Positions 10,381 to 19,564 of a stretch of DNA of 33,582 nt are shown piece after piece. A program made the position numbers and the translations under genes. The DNA lies in assembly GCA_905181745.1 (NCBI GenBank), contig CAJIYV010000163.1:1-33582 (forward strand). The letters run 5' to 3'. Positions within the stretch are counted from its first letter, which is position 1, and every line of letters starts with the position of its first letter. Under the pieces are notes generated by a model, which made no database searches, was not told the DNA's origin, and saw nothing but the letters and a program-made list of their open reading frames with translations. The stretch comes from an uncultured Actinomycetes bacterium (GTDB taxonomy: Bacteria; Actinomycetota; Actinomycetes; S36-B12).

Positions 10381-11382
10381 CTAGCCTTGCACACTCCATT
10401 TGGGTACGCCCCATGACGCGAGTTGGGACTCAGGAATTAACTGCCAGGCCTGAGCAAGCCGTTTTCGCCACAAGTCCTGTTGGGTTTTGGATAGGGGGAC
10501 ACGCGCTAGTTGTTCCGGATCAGGCTCACATTTCGCAACTCGAATTCGGCCTCCATGGGGAATAGCCGACTGCTTCACGGTATCCGTTGCCAGCAGCATG
10601 CCAGTTCCCAACCCAGCTACCTGGTCAGGAGCGAATTTATGGGCCGCTAACAGTGAGGAGCTCAGGCCAACGCTTGACTCAAGTGCACTACTAAATCGAA
10701 CCGGCACGTCCAGCTTTTCAATCAGCCGCTCAACTGCATCAATGCCTCCGAGCGGAGATACCTTGATGATTGCCAGATCAGCGAATTCACTCACTTGGTA
10801 TTGGCCGTCGGTGCGAATGGTTTCATCAACTGCAATAGGAACGGTCAATTTTTTGCGCAGTTTGCGTAATTGCGTTGCCGACCGACATGGTTGCTCAATG
10901 TATTCAATGGGAACTGATTGCAGTTCAGCAATGGTGTTAATCGCCTGCTCAATACCCCAGCGGCCATTGGCATCAAGTCGAATCAGCAACTTGTTTAATT
11001 GTCCCGCTTCAACGAATGCTCGGACAATTTCTTGTACGCGCTCGACATCTTGATCCACGTCAAGTCCTACTTTAATTTTTATAGTGGTGCAACCAAATTC
11101 GTTCAGCGCCCTAGCGCTCCCCAGATAAGGATCCTCGTTGTCCCCAATAATTGCGTTTACCGCGACGCTTGAATTTTGTGGAAACTCAATTGGAACAAAT
11201 GCCGATTCCAATGCGGCACGTAGCCATAAGGAATCTTCGATGGGCGCGTAGTTGGGAAAGGGACTGAATTCACCCCAACCCGAAGGCCCCGCTAACAGAA
11301 TCCCTTCTCGCCTCCGAACTCCTCGAAACTCTTTTTGCAAGGTAAGCGAAAAGAACTCAAGTTCGGGAAAAGCAAACAACAT
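10381..11382 (-). CDS. menC: o-succinylbenzoate synthase
   Basis: WGEFSPF, KIKV, RLDANG, EQP, AVDE, SSALESSVG, GLGT (enolase superfamily, actinobacterial type). Confidence 0.93.
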   Translation of the reverse strand: MLFAFPELEFFSLTLQKEFRGVRRREGILLAGPSGWGEFSPFPNYAPIEDSLWLRAALESAFVPIEFPQNSSVAVNAIIGDNEDPYLGSARALNEFGCTTIKIKVGLDVDQDVERVQEIVRAFVEAGQLNKLLIRLDANGRWGIEQAINTIAELQSVPIEYIEQPCRSATQLRKLRKKLTVPIAVDETIRTDGQYQVSEFADLAIIKVSPLGGIDAVERLIEKLDVPVRFSSALESSVGLSSSLLAAHKFAPDQVAGLGTGMLLATDTVKQSAIPHGGRIRVAKCEPDPEQLARVPLSKTQQDLWRKRLAQAWQLIPESQLASWGVPKWSVQG

Positions 11383-11387
11383 AAAGA

Positions 11388-12320
11388 CTACGGCCGCTTC
11401 GGGAAGCGTCCAAAATCAGGATCACGCTTTTCTTTGTAAGCATCGCGACCCTCTTGGGCTTCCTCGGTCATGTAAAATAGAAGCGTTGAGTCCCCCGCCA
11501 GTTGTTGAATCCCCGCCAGACCGTCATCGACTGCATTATGTGATGCCTTCAGCATGCGAAGTGCGAGAGGCGACATGGTGAGCATTTGTGATGCTAAGTC
11601 GCAAGTCGCAATCTCAAGGTCTTCAAGCGGAACTACTTCGTTGACCAAGCCCCAGTCGTAGGCCTGCTCGGCGCCGTATTGATTACACGTATACCAGACT
11701 TCACGCGAGCGCTTTTGTCCGACAATTCGTGCGAGTAGGCCTGATCCGTATCCACCATCGAATGAACCAACTCTGGGACCGGTTTGACCAAAACGCGCAT
11801 TGTCGGCTGCAACGGTCAGATCACACACCACATGGAGAACATGACCACCACCAATTGAATAGCCGGCAACCATGGCGATTACCGGCTTAGGCAGCCGGCG
11901 AATCTGGACCTGAAGGTCAAGAACGTTGAGGCGACCGATTCCTTTATGGGCGACCTCGTCGTCGCCGATGTAGCCATCATTACCGCGAACTACTTGATCG
12001 CCTCCGGAGCAAAATGCGAGATCCCCTTGTCCCGTCAAAATAATGACACCGACGCGATCATCGTCACGGGCCGCATTAAAAGCATCACTTAACTCAAAAA
12101 GGGTCTGCGGACGAAACGCATTTCGCTTTCCTGGTCGACAAATCGTAATTTTTGCTATTCCTTGATGGGCGCCAGTGCCCAGACTGAAAGTGATATCACT
12201 GAAGTCTCCCACGTTTTTCCAATCACACGCCGCGGTGATGGACGAGTGGGTTGGATCGGTCCAGGCTGGCGAATCAGCTGGGGCGACCGGGGGCAGTACA
12301 TAGCGTTTGCGAGTGTCCAT
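11388..12320 (-). CDS. menB: 1,4-dihydroxy-2-naphthoyl-CoA synthase (type I signature)
   Basis: [47 protein letters not shown]. Confidence 0.97.
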   Translation of the reverse strand: MDTRKRYVLPPVAPADSPAWTDPTHSSITAACDWKNVGDFSDITFSLGTGAHQGIAKITICRPGKRNAFRPQTLFELSDAFNAARDDDRVGVIILTGQGDLAFCSGGDQVVRGNDGYIGDDEVAHKGIGRLNVLDLQVQIRRLPKPVIAMVAGYSIGGGHVLHVVCDLTVAADNARFGQTGPRVGSFDGGYGSGLLARIVGQKRSREVWYTCNQYGAEQAYDWGLVNEVVPLEDLEIATCDLASQMLTMSPLALRMLKASHNAVDDGLAGIQQLAGDSTLLFYMTEEAQEGRDAYKEKRDPDFGRFPKRP

Positions 12321-12355
12321 GTGCCGAGATTACCTGCATCTCCTATCCTCGCCTC
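12321..12355. promoter_or_regulatory. back-to-back putative leaderless promoters for menB and menE
   Basis: Minus strand TAATCT (12327-12332), 6 nt, ATG 12320; plus strand TATCCT (12344-12349), 6 nt, GTG 12356. Confidence 0.65.
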
Positions 12356-13537
12356 GTGGCCGACTCACCTATTCGCGTAATTGAACCTACCGAGATCCCT
12401 CCCGGTAGTGCTGGAGTCGTGACCGCCTTTAATGCCCTCAGCGAGGCTCTCGCCAACGATCAGGTTTTTGCGCCCATTCCACAGCAAAGCCGTCACTACT
12501 CCACGCACCAGATCCAGGCAATCCAAGAAGCGATTAATCCCAACGCGCCGTGCCACGCCGATACGGTCGCGATTCTGACGACTTCAGGGTCAACTGGAAA
12601 CCCCCGCGGAGTTGAACTCAGTGCCTCCCAGTTGAGTGCGATGAATGACTTTGTAAATTCAGGCGCGGTCATCGGAGTGCGGCTTGATGCACCACCCAGG
12701 TGGATTTGCGCGTTGCCCGTTACATCCGTTGGTGGAGTGAATGTTCTGACCCGTTCAATTGCGGCCGGGTCGCCTCCCATCGCACTCGAAAGTATTGCCG
12801 GTGGTTCTACTTTTGATCCTGATGAATTCGCGAACTCCGTGGCAAAGATCCGCGATGAACCTGTATTTGTCTCATTGGTGCCAACCCAACTTCGTAGGCT
12901 GCTCAACTCACAAAATGGTGCCCGAGCACTACGCCATTGCACGGCCATTTTGATCGGTGGCGGACCAACTCACACCAATGACTTCCTGCAGGCACAGGAT
13001 CTAGGACTACCTGTGAGCTACACCTACGGCATGACCGAGACTTCCGGTGGATGCGTATTCAGCGGGAAAAGCGGGCCCGGCACCGATTTCACACTTGATC
13101 CCGTGGACTCCCGAATCACTCTCCATGGTCCGAGTGTCGCTGTGGGCTATCGACCCATCGCCAAGGGGGATTTCACCGCATTTAACTCAACTTTCACGAC
13201 CGATGATTTCGGGGTCGTAGATCTGATTGGGCAATTAGAAATTCTCGGCAGGCTTGATGACATTGTTTTGGTCAACGGAGTAAATATCTCTCGAACTGCA
13301 ATTGGCAAGATCATCGAGGGGAGTTCAGCGGTACAGGGTTGTTACGTGCTTCCCAATCTCACCGCACTGATAGTTGGCTCACCCTTGGAATTTGAGGATG
13401 CGTCAGAGAACATTCGTAACCAAATCGCACGAGAGCTCGGACCTATTGCTATCCCCACTTTCCGCGTAGTCACGCAACTCCCGACCTTGCCAAATGGCAA
13501 ACTGGATCGAGTCACAATCACGAACCTTTACGGTTAG
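12356..13537 (+). CDS. menE: o-succinylbenzoate-CoA ligase
   Basis: TTSGSTGNP, TYGMTET, GRLDD, PNGKLD; sits between menB and menA. Start moved to GTG 12356, avoiding overlap with menB. Confidence 0.85.
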   Translation: MADSPIRVIEPTEIPPGSAGVVTAFNALSEALANDQVFAPIPQQSRHYSTHQIQAIQEAINPNAPCHADTVAILTTSGSTGNPRGVELSASQLSAMNDFVNSGAVIGVRLDAPPRWICALPVTSVGGVNVLTRSIAAGSPPIALESIAGGSTFDPDEFANSVAKIRDEPVFVSLVPTQLRRLLNSQNGARALRHCTAILIGGGPTHTNDFLQAQDLGLPVSYTYGMTETSGGCVFSGKSGPGTDFTLDPVDSRITLHGPSVAVGYRPIAKGDFTAFNSTFTTDDFGVVDLIGQLEILGRLDDIVLVNGVNISRTAIGKIIEGSSAVQGCYVLPNLTALIVGSPLEFEDASENIRNQIARELGPIAIPTFRVVTQLPTLPNGKLDRVTITNLYG

Positions 13538-13540
13538 CCC

Positions 13541-14413
13541 GTGGCCACAACAAGTGAATGGATTCAGGGCGCTCGACCGCGTACACTTCCGGCAGCAATC
13601 GCACCCGTGCTGGTGGGAACCGGTATCGCCCAGCATGCTGATTCATTTAATATTGTTCGGGCGCTCTTAGCTTTAGTCGTTGCACTAGCCCTTCAAGCCG
13701 GGGTTAACTACTCAAATGACTACAGCGATGGGATCCGCGGGACCGACAGCCAACGCGTGGGCCCGGTGCGCCTGGTGGGTCAGGGGCTTGCTCAAGCCCA
13801 CCAAGTGAAGCGGGCTGCATTCCTGATGTTCGCATTCGCGATGGTCAGCGGATTAATAGTGGTTCTGCTTACACACGCCTGGTGGCTGCTCCTAGTTGGC
13901 GCAGCGAGCGTGGCAGCTGCTTGGTTCTATACCGGCGGATCACGACCATATGGTTATGCCGGTTTTGGCGAATTTTTTGTTTTCATCTTTTTTGGAATCG
14001 TGCCAGTCATGGGGACCGCTTATGTGCAAACTCTGGAGCTCACGGTCGGTGCTTTCATTGCTTCCGTCGGCGTGGGCGGACTCGCTTGTTCCATCCTGAT
14101 CACCAACAACTTGCGTGATATTCCCGGCGACACCGAGCACGGAAAACTCACACTGGCGGTTCGACTCGGCGACGTGCGTACTAGGAAGCTTTACGTTGCT
14201 TGCGTAGCTGTGGCTTTCATCGTGCCCGCACTCCTGGTAGTTCCCTTTGGCCCGTGGGCCGCCCTGGGTTACTTGGCCCTGCCCTACGCCGTTGTACCGA
14301 TTAACCTAGTGCTTCGCGGGGCCCGCGGGCCCGCCCTGATCCCCGTCCTCAAAGCTACCGGGAACGTCCTGCTGGTTTACGGGGTTGTTCTGGGTCTCGG
14401 GCTCGCCCTCTAA
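13541..14413 (+). CDS. menA: 1,4-dihydroxy-2-naphthoate polyprenyltransferase
   Basis: GARPRTL, NYSNDYSDGIRGTD, NNLRDIPGD, GKLTLAVRLG; multiple TM segments. Confidence 0.96.
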   Translation: MATTSEWIQGARPRTLPAAIAPVLVGTGIAQHADSFNIVRALLALVVALALQAGVNYSNDYSDGIRGTDSQRVGPVRLVGQGLAQAHQVKRAAFLMFAFAMVSGLIVVLLTHAWWLLLVGAASVAAAWFYTGGSRPYGYAGFGEFFVFIFFGIVPVMGTAYVQTLELTVGAFIASVGVGGLACSILITNNLRDIPGDTEHGKLTLAVRLGDVRTRKLYVACVAVAFIVPALLVVPFGPWAALGYLALPYAVVPINLVLRGARGPALIPVLKATGNVLLVYGVVLGLGLAL

Positions 14414-14665
14414 ATAGTCCTCTTTGGCGGCGGCGGCATCAATGCGCTCATTGAGTCTGCGGAAGAATCCAAAAATCGATTGACTCATCGCATCTCGCTG
14501 TTTTCCCAGAAAAATAATGCTGAAGATCGCTGAAATGAGAAGCGCCAGCGCTAGAGCCAGCAGCCCCCTGACCGAAGTGAGGAATTGGATGGCGAACCAG
14601 ATCACGACCACCAGCGCCAATCTGATGGTCGTGTAGGTTACCCACGCCATTGATTTGTTCTTCAC
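14306..14665 (-). CDS. DUF4229-like small membrane protein
   Basis: YTTIRLAL plus two TM helices and basic/acidic tail; usual neighbour of menA; TAGCGT (14673-14678) 7 nt before GTG. 3' end overlaps menA. Confidence 0.7.
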   Translation of the reverse strand: MKNKSMAWVTYTTIRLALVVVIWFAIQFLTSVRGLLALALALLISAIFSIIFLGKQRDAMSQSIFGFFRRLNERIDAAAAKEDYLEGEPETQNNPVNQQDVPGSFEDGDQGGPAGPAKH

Positions 14666-14790
14666 CCCCTCAACGCTACCCCGACAAGGTTTGCGATTAT
14701 GGCGTACCCTTAGATTTTACCAACGGGCAACGTGAGTGGGCAGCAAGGAACAATGCAGGACCGATATTCCACGGATTTGTGAGGAGGGCC

Positions 14791-15096
14791 ATGATCAAGG
14801 TAGCTGGAGGTTTAGTAGGAATCGCTTTCTACATTTATTCGATTATCGATGTCCTGCGCAGCGAAAAGAGTCGCACGCGCACGCTCCCGAAATACGTCTG
14901 GCTCCTGATCGTGATCGTGTTACCAATTATTGGCGGAGTGATCTGGTTGCTATTAGGACGCCCCTGGCCAGCCGGCGGATTGTCGGGGCGAAAGTCCGAG
15001 CCCAGCGCCCCTGACGATGATCCTAAATTCTTGCGCAAGCTCGATGACGACGTGTGGATAGATAAAATGCGTAAACGACGCGAGCAAAACCCCTGA
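14791..15096 (+). CDS. PLD nuclease N-terminal domain (PLDc_N) membrane protein
   Basis: YSIIDVL...LPKYVWLLIVIVLPIIGGVIWLLLGRP...APDDDPKFL. Start moved to ATG 14791 after GAGGAGG. Confidence 0.82.
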   Translation: MIKVAGGLVGIAFYIYSIIDVLRSEKSRTRTLPKYVWLLIVIVLPIIGGVIWLLLGRPWPAGGLSGRKSEPSAPDDDPKFLRKLDDDVWIDKMRKRREQNP

Positions 15097-15119
15097 TTCG
15101 CAGACTTTCTGTGACTTAG

Positions 15120-16049
15120 CTACATCCCCGCGTAACTATGCAGGCTGTTAATGAAGATATTGACCCCAAAATAGTTGATCAGAAATGATAGCCAACCGAC
15201 TAATACAATGACTGAGGCTTTCTGGTGTTTCCAACCGGCTGTTGAACGCGCGTGCAAGTACGCAGCGAAGACCACCCAGGTAATGAATGCCCATGTTTCT
15301 TTGGGGTCCCATCCCCAATATCTGCCCCAGGCATTTTCAGCCCAAATCGCTCCTGCGACAACAGCAAAAGTCCAGATGGGAAATGAGAAAGAAATAATTC
15401 GGTGGGTGAGCCCTTCCAGTTTTTCTCGTGATGGCAGTTGCTTAAACCAGCCTTTGTCTGAGATCAAGGACAGACCTGCGGTTGCAGCTCCCACAGTGAA
15501 GGCCCCGCCGCCAATAATCGCCGCAAAGACATGAATGACGAGCCAGTAGGACTTCAATGCCGGAACTAGCTGGGCCGCCTCGGTGTACAACACCGTTACG
15601 GCTAAGCCGAGGGTTAACAGGGTCGGGATTGTGACAAAAAGCCCCAGCCATCGCAAATCTCGCCGGGTTGACCACACCAGGAATACCAGCAAGATTCCTA
15701 ACGCCGAAGTAATCGAAAATTCGTACATATTGCCCCAGGGCACCCGTCCGGCCCACATTCCACGGAGAACGACTCCCACGAGGAGCATTGCCGCTGATAG
15801 CCAGGTCAGAGACATGCCAATATTCGCAGCCCGGTGGCCTGGCTCTAGTCGAGTCACTTCGCTGAGCGATTCTTGCAACTTTGATCCACCGGATTCGACT
15901 AACACTTTCGCTGACTCCAGTTGGACCTGTGGCTCTTTTCGCCGTCCCGCAGCGAAAGAAATTGAAAATAGTACTGTCGCAATGAACAGGGTAACCATGG
16001 CAGCGTAGATGAAATTATTACTTGAATCTGCTAATCCCAAGCTATCCAT
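15120..16049 (-). CDS. ccsB: cytochrome c biogenesis heme ligase, CcsA/ResC family (CcsB in actinobacterial annotation)
   Basis: PWGNMYEF, WLVIHV, WWD motif WAENAWGRYWGWDPKETW, LHSYAG. Confidence 0.96.
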   Translation of the reverse strand: MDSLGLADSSNNFIYAAMVTLFIATVLFSISFAAGRRKEPQVQLESAKVLVESGGSKLQESLSEVTRLEPGHRAANIGMSLTWLSAAMLLVGVVLRGMWAGRVPWGNMYEFSITSALGILLVFLVWSTRRDLRWLGLFVTIPTLLTLGLAVTVLYTEAAQLVPALKSYWLVIHVFAAIIGGGAFTVGAATAGLSLISDKGWFKQLPSREKLEGLTHRIISFSFPIWTFAVVAGAIWAENAWGRYWGWDPKETWAFITWVVFAAYLHARSTAGWKHQKASVIVLVGWLSFLINYFGVNIFINSLHSYAGM

Positions 16050-17581
16050 CAGAGCACTTTCCCTTTCAGTAATTCAACAAGTCGGTCCACCTGCTCTGTT
16101 GCATCGTGACCGGACGCTTTGGCGATCCCCGCGACCTCAACCTTAACCCGGCTCCCCGATATGCGCCCGGGAACCTCACCGACCTTGACCCAGATTCGAC
16201 GACGTTGGACAAACAGACTCATGCTCAGTCCAGCAATTGCCAGGATTGCCGCAATCAAAGCCAATTCCTTGCCCGGGTCGTAGGCGAGCTGAAATGAGGC
16301 CCAGCGCTCATAACCGGTGAATTCGATGCTTCCCGCGCCTTCGGGCAACTTCCAGGTCTGCCCAATCCGCAACGGATCGATTCCTAGCTGGGTCATGCCT
16401 TCAACGTTGAGGGTGTAAATACTCTGCGGAACACCGTCATCTAAACCAAGATCACCCGCCCAGGCCCCGAAAAAAATAGAAATGTCGTCGGGCGCCGGGA
16501 AAGTCGAGTGTGGTCCGCGGATTTCGTCAACTGCCGTAGTTGGTAGGAAGAGTCCGCGAAAACCCAGCTGCGGATCTGCATCAGGAACTTTGATTACCCC
16601 TGTTGACGTGAAATTGCCGTCTTGTGGCAGAAATACGACCGCGTCGTCGAGAACTACTACACCCTGTGAATCGCGCACGATTAGCTTCGGTGCATAACCG
16701 TGTCCCACCAAAAAGACCTTTGCTGAATCAATTACTAACGGCTGATTAACTTCGACCAAATGCGTAGTTGACCCTGGCTCACCCGGCTGATCCACGACCA
16801 TGTTTGCTTCAAAAAGCCTTGGTGCCCCTGACTGAGCATTTCCGCGTTCGAATTCAACATTAAAACTCTCAAGAGTGAAAGAAAACTCGGGAAGGTTATC
16901 TGCCGAGGAAAGTTTTCCACCACCCCAAGCGTCGTACTGGGTCAAGGTATTGGAGAAACCTTCACCCTCACGAACGATGACATTGCCGCGCCAACCGAAG
17001 AGTCCCCCGATCGCAACCCCAACTAAAATCAGGATGAGCGAGAAATGGAAAACCAAATTGCCGGTTTCACGCAGGTACCCCTTTTCGGCTGCAACCCAGT
17101 GACCGCCGTGTGTGTCGTGACCCACCACAGTACGCCAGCGTTCCTTTTTGAGAATTGCGCATGCGCCGGCAATGATCACTTCGGGCTCACCCGCAAATTC
17201 AAATTCACCTCCACCAAATCGGGAGAGATTCTTGGGTGCAGACGGCGGCGGCCTACGCATCGCTTTCCAATGCAGCCCAAGCCTGGGTAGGACACACCCA
17301 ATCAGGGAAATGAACAGTAAAATGTACACGGCCGAGTACCACGGCGATCCGAACACGTCAAAGAGCCCCACTGAATCAAAAATTGGCCCGAGCGTTGGGT
17401 TGTCTGTGATCCACTGCTCAACCAAGATTGGGTTGGTGCCTCTCTGAGGCAAAATTGAACCGGGAATACTCGCAAGAGCAAGTAAGAACAGCAAAATCAG
17501 TGCTGTTTTCATGCTCGTGAGTTGCCGCCACAGCCACCGAAGAAACCCGCGCTGTGAAAGTGGAGGTAATTGAGCGCTCAC
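16049..17581 (-). CDS. resB: cytochrome c biogenesis protein ResB
   Basis: WRQLTSMKTAL, SLIGCVLPR, EKGYLRETGNLVFH, VNQPL, YDPG, RRIWV. Confidence 0.94.
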   Translation of the reverse strand: MSAQLPPLSQRGFLRWLWRQLTSMKTALILLFLLALASIPGSILPQRGTNPILVEQWITDNPTLGPIFDSVGLFDVFGSPWYSAVYILLFISLIGCVLPRLGLHWKAMRRPPPSAPKNLSRFGGGEFEFAGEPEVIIAGACAILKKERWRTVVGHDTHGGHWVAAEKGYLRETGNLVFHFSLILILVGVAIGGLFGWRGNVIVREGEGFSNTLTQYDAWGGGKLSSADNLPEFSFTLESFNVEFERGNAQSGAPRLFEANMVVDQPGEPGSTTHLVEVNQPLVIDSAKVFLVGHGYAPKLIVRDSQGVVVLDDAVVFLPQDGNFTSTGVIKVPDADPQLGFRGLFLPTTAVDEIRGPHSTFPAPDDISIFFGAWAGDLGLDDGVPQSIYTLNVEGMTQLGIDPLRIGQTWKLPEGAGSIEFTGYERWASFQLAYDPGKELALIAAILAIAGLSMSLFVQRRRIWVKVGEVPGRISGSRVKVEVAGIAKASGHDATEQVDRLVELLKGKVL

Positions 17582-18324
17582 TACATCACCGTCTCAAACC
17601 CTGGTAACGTCACTCGAAGCCAAATGGTGAATTCGGCCCACCCTCCCGTGATCAGGAGTAATCCCACAATCACCAACAAGATGCCACCGATTCGCATAAT
17701 GGCAAGATTATGCGTCCGCAAAAAATTCAATGCTCGTGCAGTCCGTGAGAAGAATAAACCTAGCAGGATAAAGGGCAGACCCAATCCTAGCGAATAGACC
17801 AGGGACAGGAGCGCACCTCGGGCCGCACTTGCTTCGGTAAATGCCAGGCTTTGCACGGCTGCAAGTGTGGGCCCGATACATGGTGTCCAACCAATTCCAA
17901 ATGCTATGCCCAGAATTGGAGCACCCGCAATACCCCACCTGGGAATATGGTGAAAGCGATATTCTCGTTGTAAGCCCGGGATCAGACCCATGAAGGCGAG
18001 ACCCATCACAACCACCAGGACTCCAAGAACTCGATTGATCCAATCCGAGTACTCCAACAGGAGCGAACCGAAACCACCAAATAGGGCGCCATAGGAAACA
18101 AAAACCACACTAAAACCGAGTACAAAAAGACTGCTTCCCAACAGTACGCGCCCTTTTCGCCCTTGGGTGAGTTCGGCGCCTGTCAATCCGGTGATATAAC
18201 TGATGTACCCGGGAGCAAGGGGAAGTACGCACGGGCTCAGAAACGCCAGAATCCCTGCCGCAAATGCAATGGGCATTGCAAAGATTAATGAGCCGCTAGT
18301 GACGATCGGCCCTATGTTATCCAT
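17581..18324 (-). CDS. ccdA: cytochrome c biogenesis protein CcdA
   Basis: LSPCVLPL and GWTPCIGP redox Cys motifs; multiple TM segments. Start moved to ATG 18324. Confidence 0.94.
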   Translation of the reverse strand: MDNIGPIVTSGSLIFAMPIAFAAGILAFLSPCVLPLAPGYISYITGLTGAELTQGRKGRVLLGSSLFVLGFSVVFVSYGALFGGFGSLLLEYSDWINRVLGVLVVVMGLAFMGLIPGLQREYRFHHIPRWGIAGAPILGIAFGIGWTPCIGPTLAAVQSLAFTEASAARGALLSLVYSLGLGLPFILLGLFFSRTARALNFLRTHNLAIMRIGGILLVIVGLLLITGGWAEFTIWLRVTLPGFETVM

Positions 18325-18898
18325 TTGGCGTTCCAGATTCTTCACGCAGCGGCTCGATCATGGCCCGCAGCGTTGCCGCTGTCACCACTCCCAATGCACG
18401 AGCGGCAACCCTTCCTTTTTGGTCGATCACGATCGTTGACGGAATCGCTTGTGGGGGAAGTGAATCATTGAATAGCAACTGAACTCGTCCGTCCGTGTCA
18501 ACCAATGACGGGTAGGTGACATCGAATTTTCTGATGAAAGCTCGCGCGGCAGCATTTGAGTCTCGTGTGTTTAATCCAATGAATTGCACGCCTTGATTCT
18601 CAAATTGTTTTGCGACTTCTTCCAGCGCACCTGCCTCAGCTCGACATGGGGCGCACCAAGAAGCCCACACATTGAGTACCACAATCTGACCGGCGAAATC
18701 AACTAGCTCTAAGGTATTTCCCGCGAGATCGACACCGGACGCATTTGGTGCAACTTGACGCTGATCAGGTGGCAGGATTGTGATGGAACCATCACCGGAA
18801 ACAAAACCTGCATCTGTTGCCGGGTCAGTTGAACAGCCGGTAAGGGTAAGTGCGAATACAACAAATATTGCCGAGGTTGCCCGAGTTAGCGCACGCAT
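18317..18898 (-). CDS. TlpA/ResA-family thiol-disulfide reductase lipoprotein
   Basis: Lipobox LTGC; WASWCAPC active site; IPST cis-Pro loop. Confidence 0.93.
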   Translation of the reverse strand: MRALTRATSAIFVVFALTLTGCSTDPATDAGFVSGDGSITILPPDQRQVAPNASGVDLAGNTLELVDFAGQIVVLNVWASWCAPCRAEAGALEEVAKQFENQGVQFIGLNTRDSNAAARAFIRKFDVTYPSLVDTDGRVQLLFNDSLPPQAIPSTIVIDQKGRVAARALGVVTAATLRAMIEPLREESGTPNG

Positions 18899-18907
18899 AT
18901 GTAAATG

Positions 18908-19558
18908 CTAAGCGCCAGCGACCTTGCTGGCCATTTCAAGTAGGTCCCTCGACGGCTCTGAATAAGTAATCGCAACCAACCCCTCGTCGTCGAAAGTCAA
19001 AGAAGTCACAGATGCCAAGGTGCATTGACGCGAACGCGGGTCATGCCACAACCTACGGTTCTCCGCAGCAAGCCGAGCAATCCAAATTGGTAGCTGATGG
19101 CTCACAAGAACCGCCTCGCGGCCTTTAGCCTGCAAACGCGCCGACTCAATTGCTGCGCTCATTCGAGTAGCCACAATGTCGTAGGGCTCACCCCATGACG
19201 GCTTGAAGGGGTTCCACAGGTGGCGCCAGGTCTTGGGCTGCTTAAGAACTCCGTCGCCAACACTCACCCGCTTGCCTTCGAAAATATTTTCGGCTTCGAT
19301 CAAGTCTGAATTGGTGACGATCTCGACTCCATGATTTTTTGCGATCGGTTCCGCGGTTTGTTGGGCGCGCTCCATCGGCGAGGAAATAACCGTGGCTATA
19401 TCGCGATTGGCCAGTGCGCTGGCAGCACGATCAGCCATCTTAAGACCAAGATCGCTGAGGAAGTAGCCCGGAAGCCGACCGTAGAGGACTCCCTGCGGGT
19501 TGTATACCTCACCATGGCGCAGCAAGTGGACAGTCGTGTGACCCGATACCGACGTCAT
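18908..19558 (-). CDS. histidine phosphatase family protein (Rv0525-like)
   Basis: LLRHGE, SSPMERAQQT, PSWGEPY, VSHQLPIW; first gene of the actinobacterial ccs block. Confidence 0.9.
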   Translation of the reverse strand: MTSVSGHTTVHLLRHGEVYNPQGVLYGRLPGYFLSDLGLKMADRAASALANRDIATVISSPMERAQQTAEPIAKNHGVEIVTNSDLIEAENIFEGKRVSVGDGVLKQPKTWRHLWNPFKPSWGEPYDIVATRMSAAIESARLQAKGREAVLVSHQLPIWIARLAAENRRLWHDPRSRQCTLASVTSLTFDDEGLVAITYSEPSRDLLEMASKVAGA

Positions 19559-19564
19559 GATGGC

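Noticed and set aside
14791..15096. PLD-domain protein as a nuclease or defence gene
   Set aside because: Only the N-terminal membrane PLDc_N segment is present, with no HKD catalytic motif; it is a usual neighbour of ccsB/menA.
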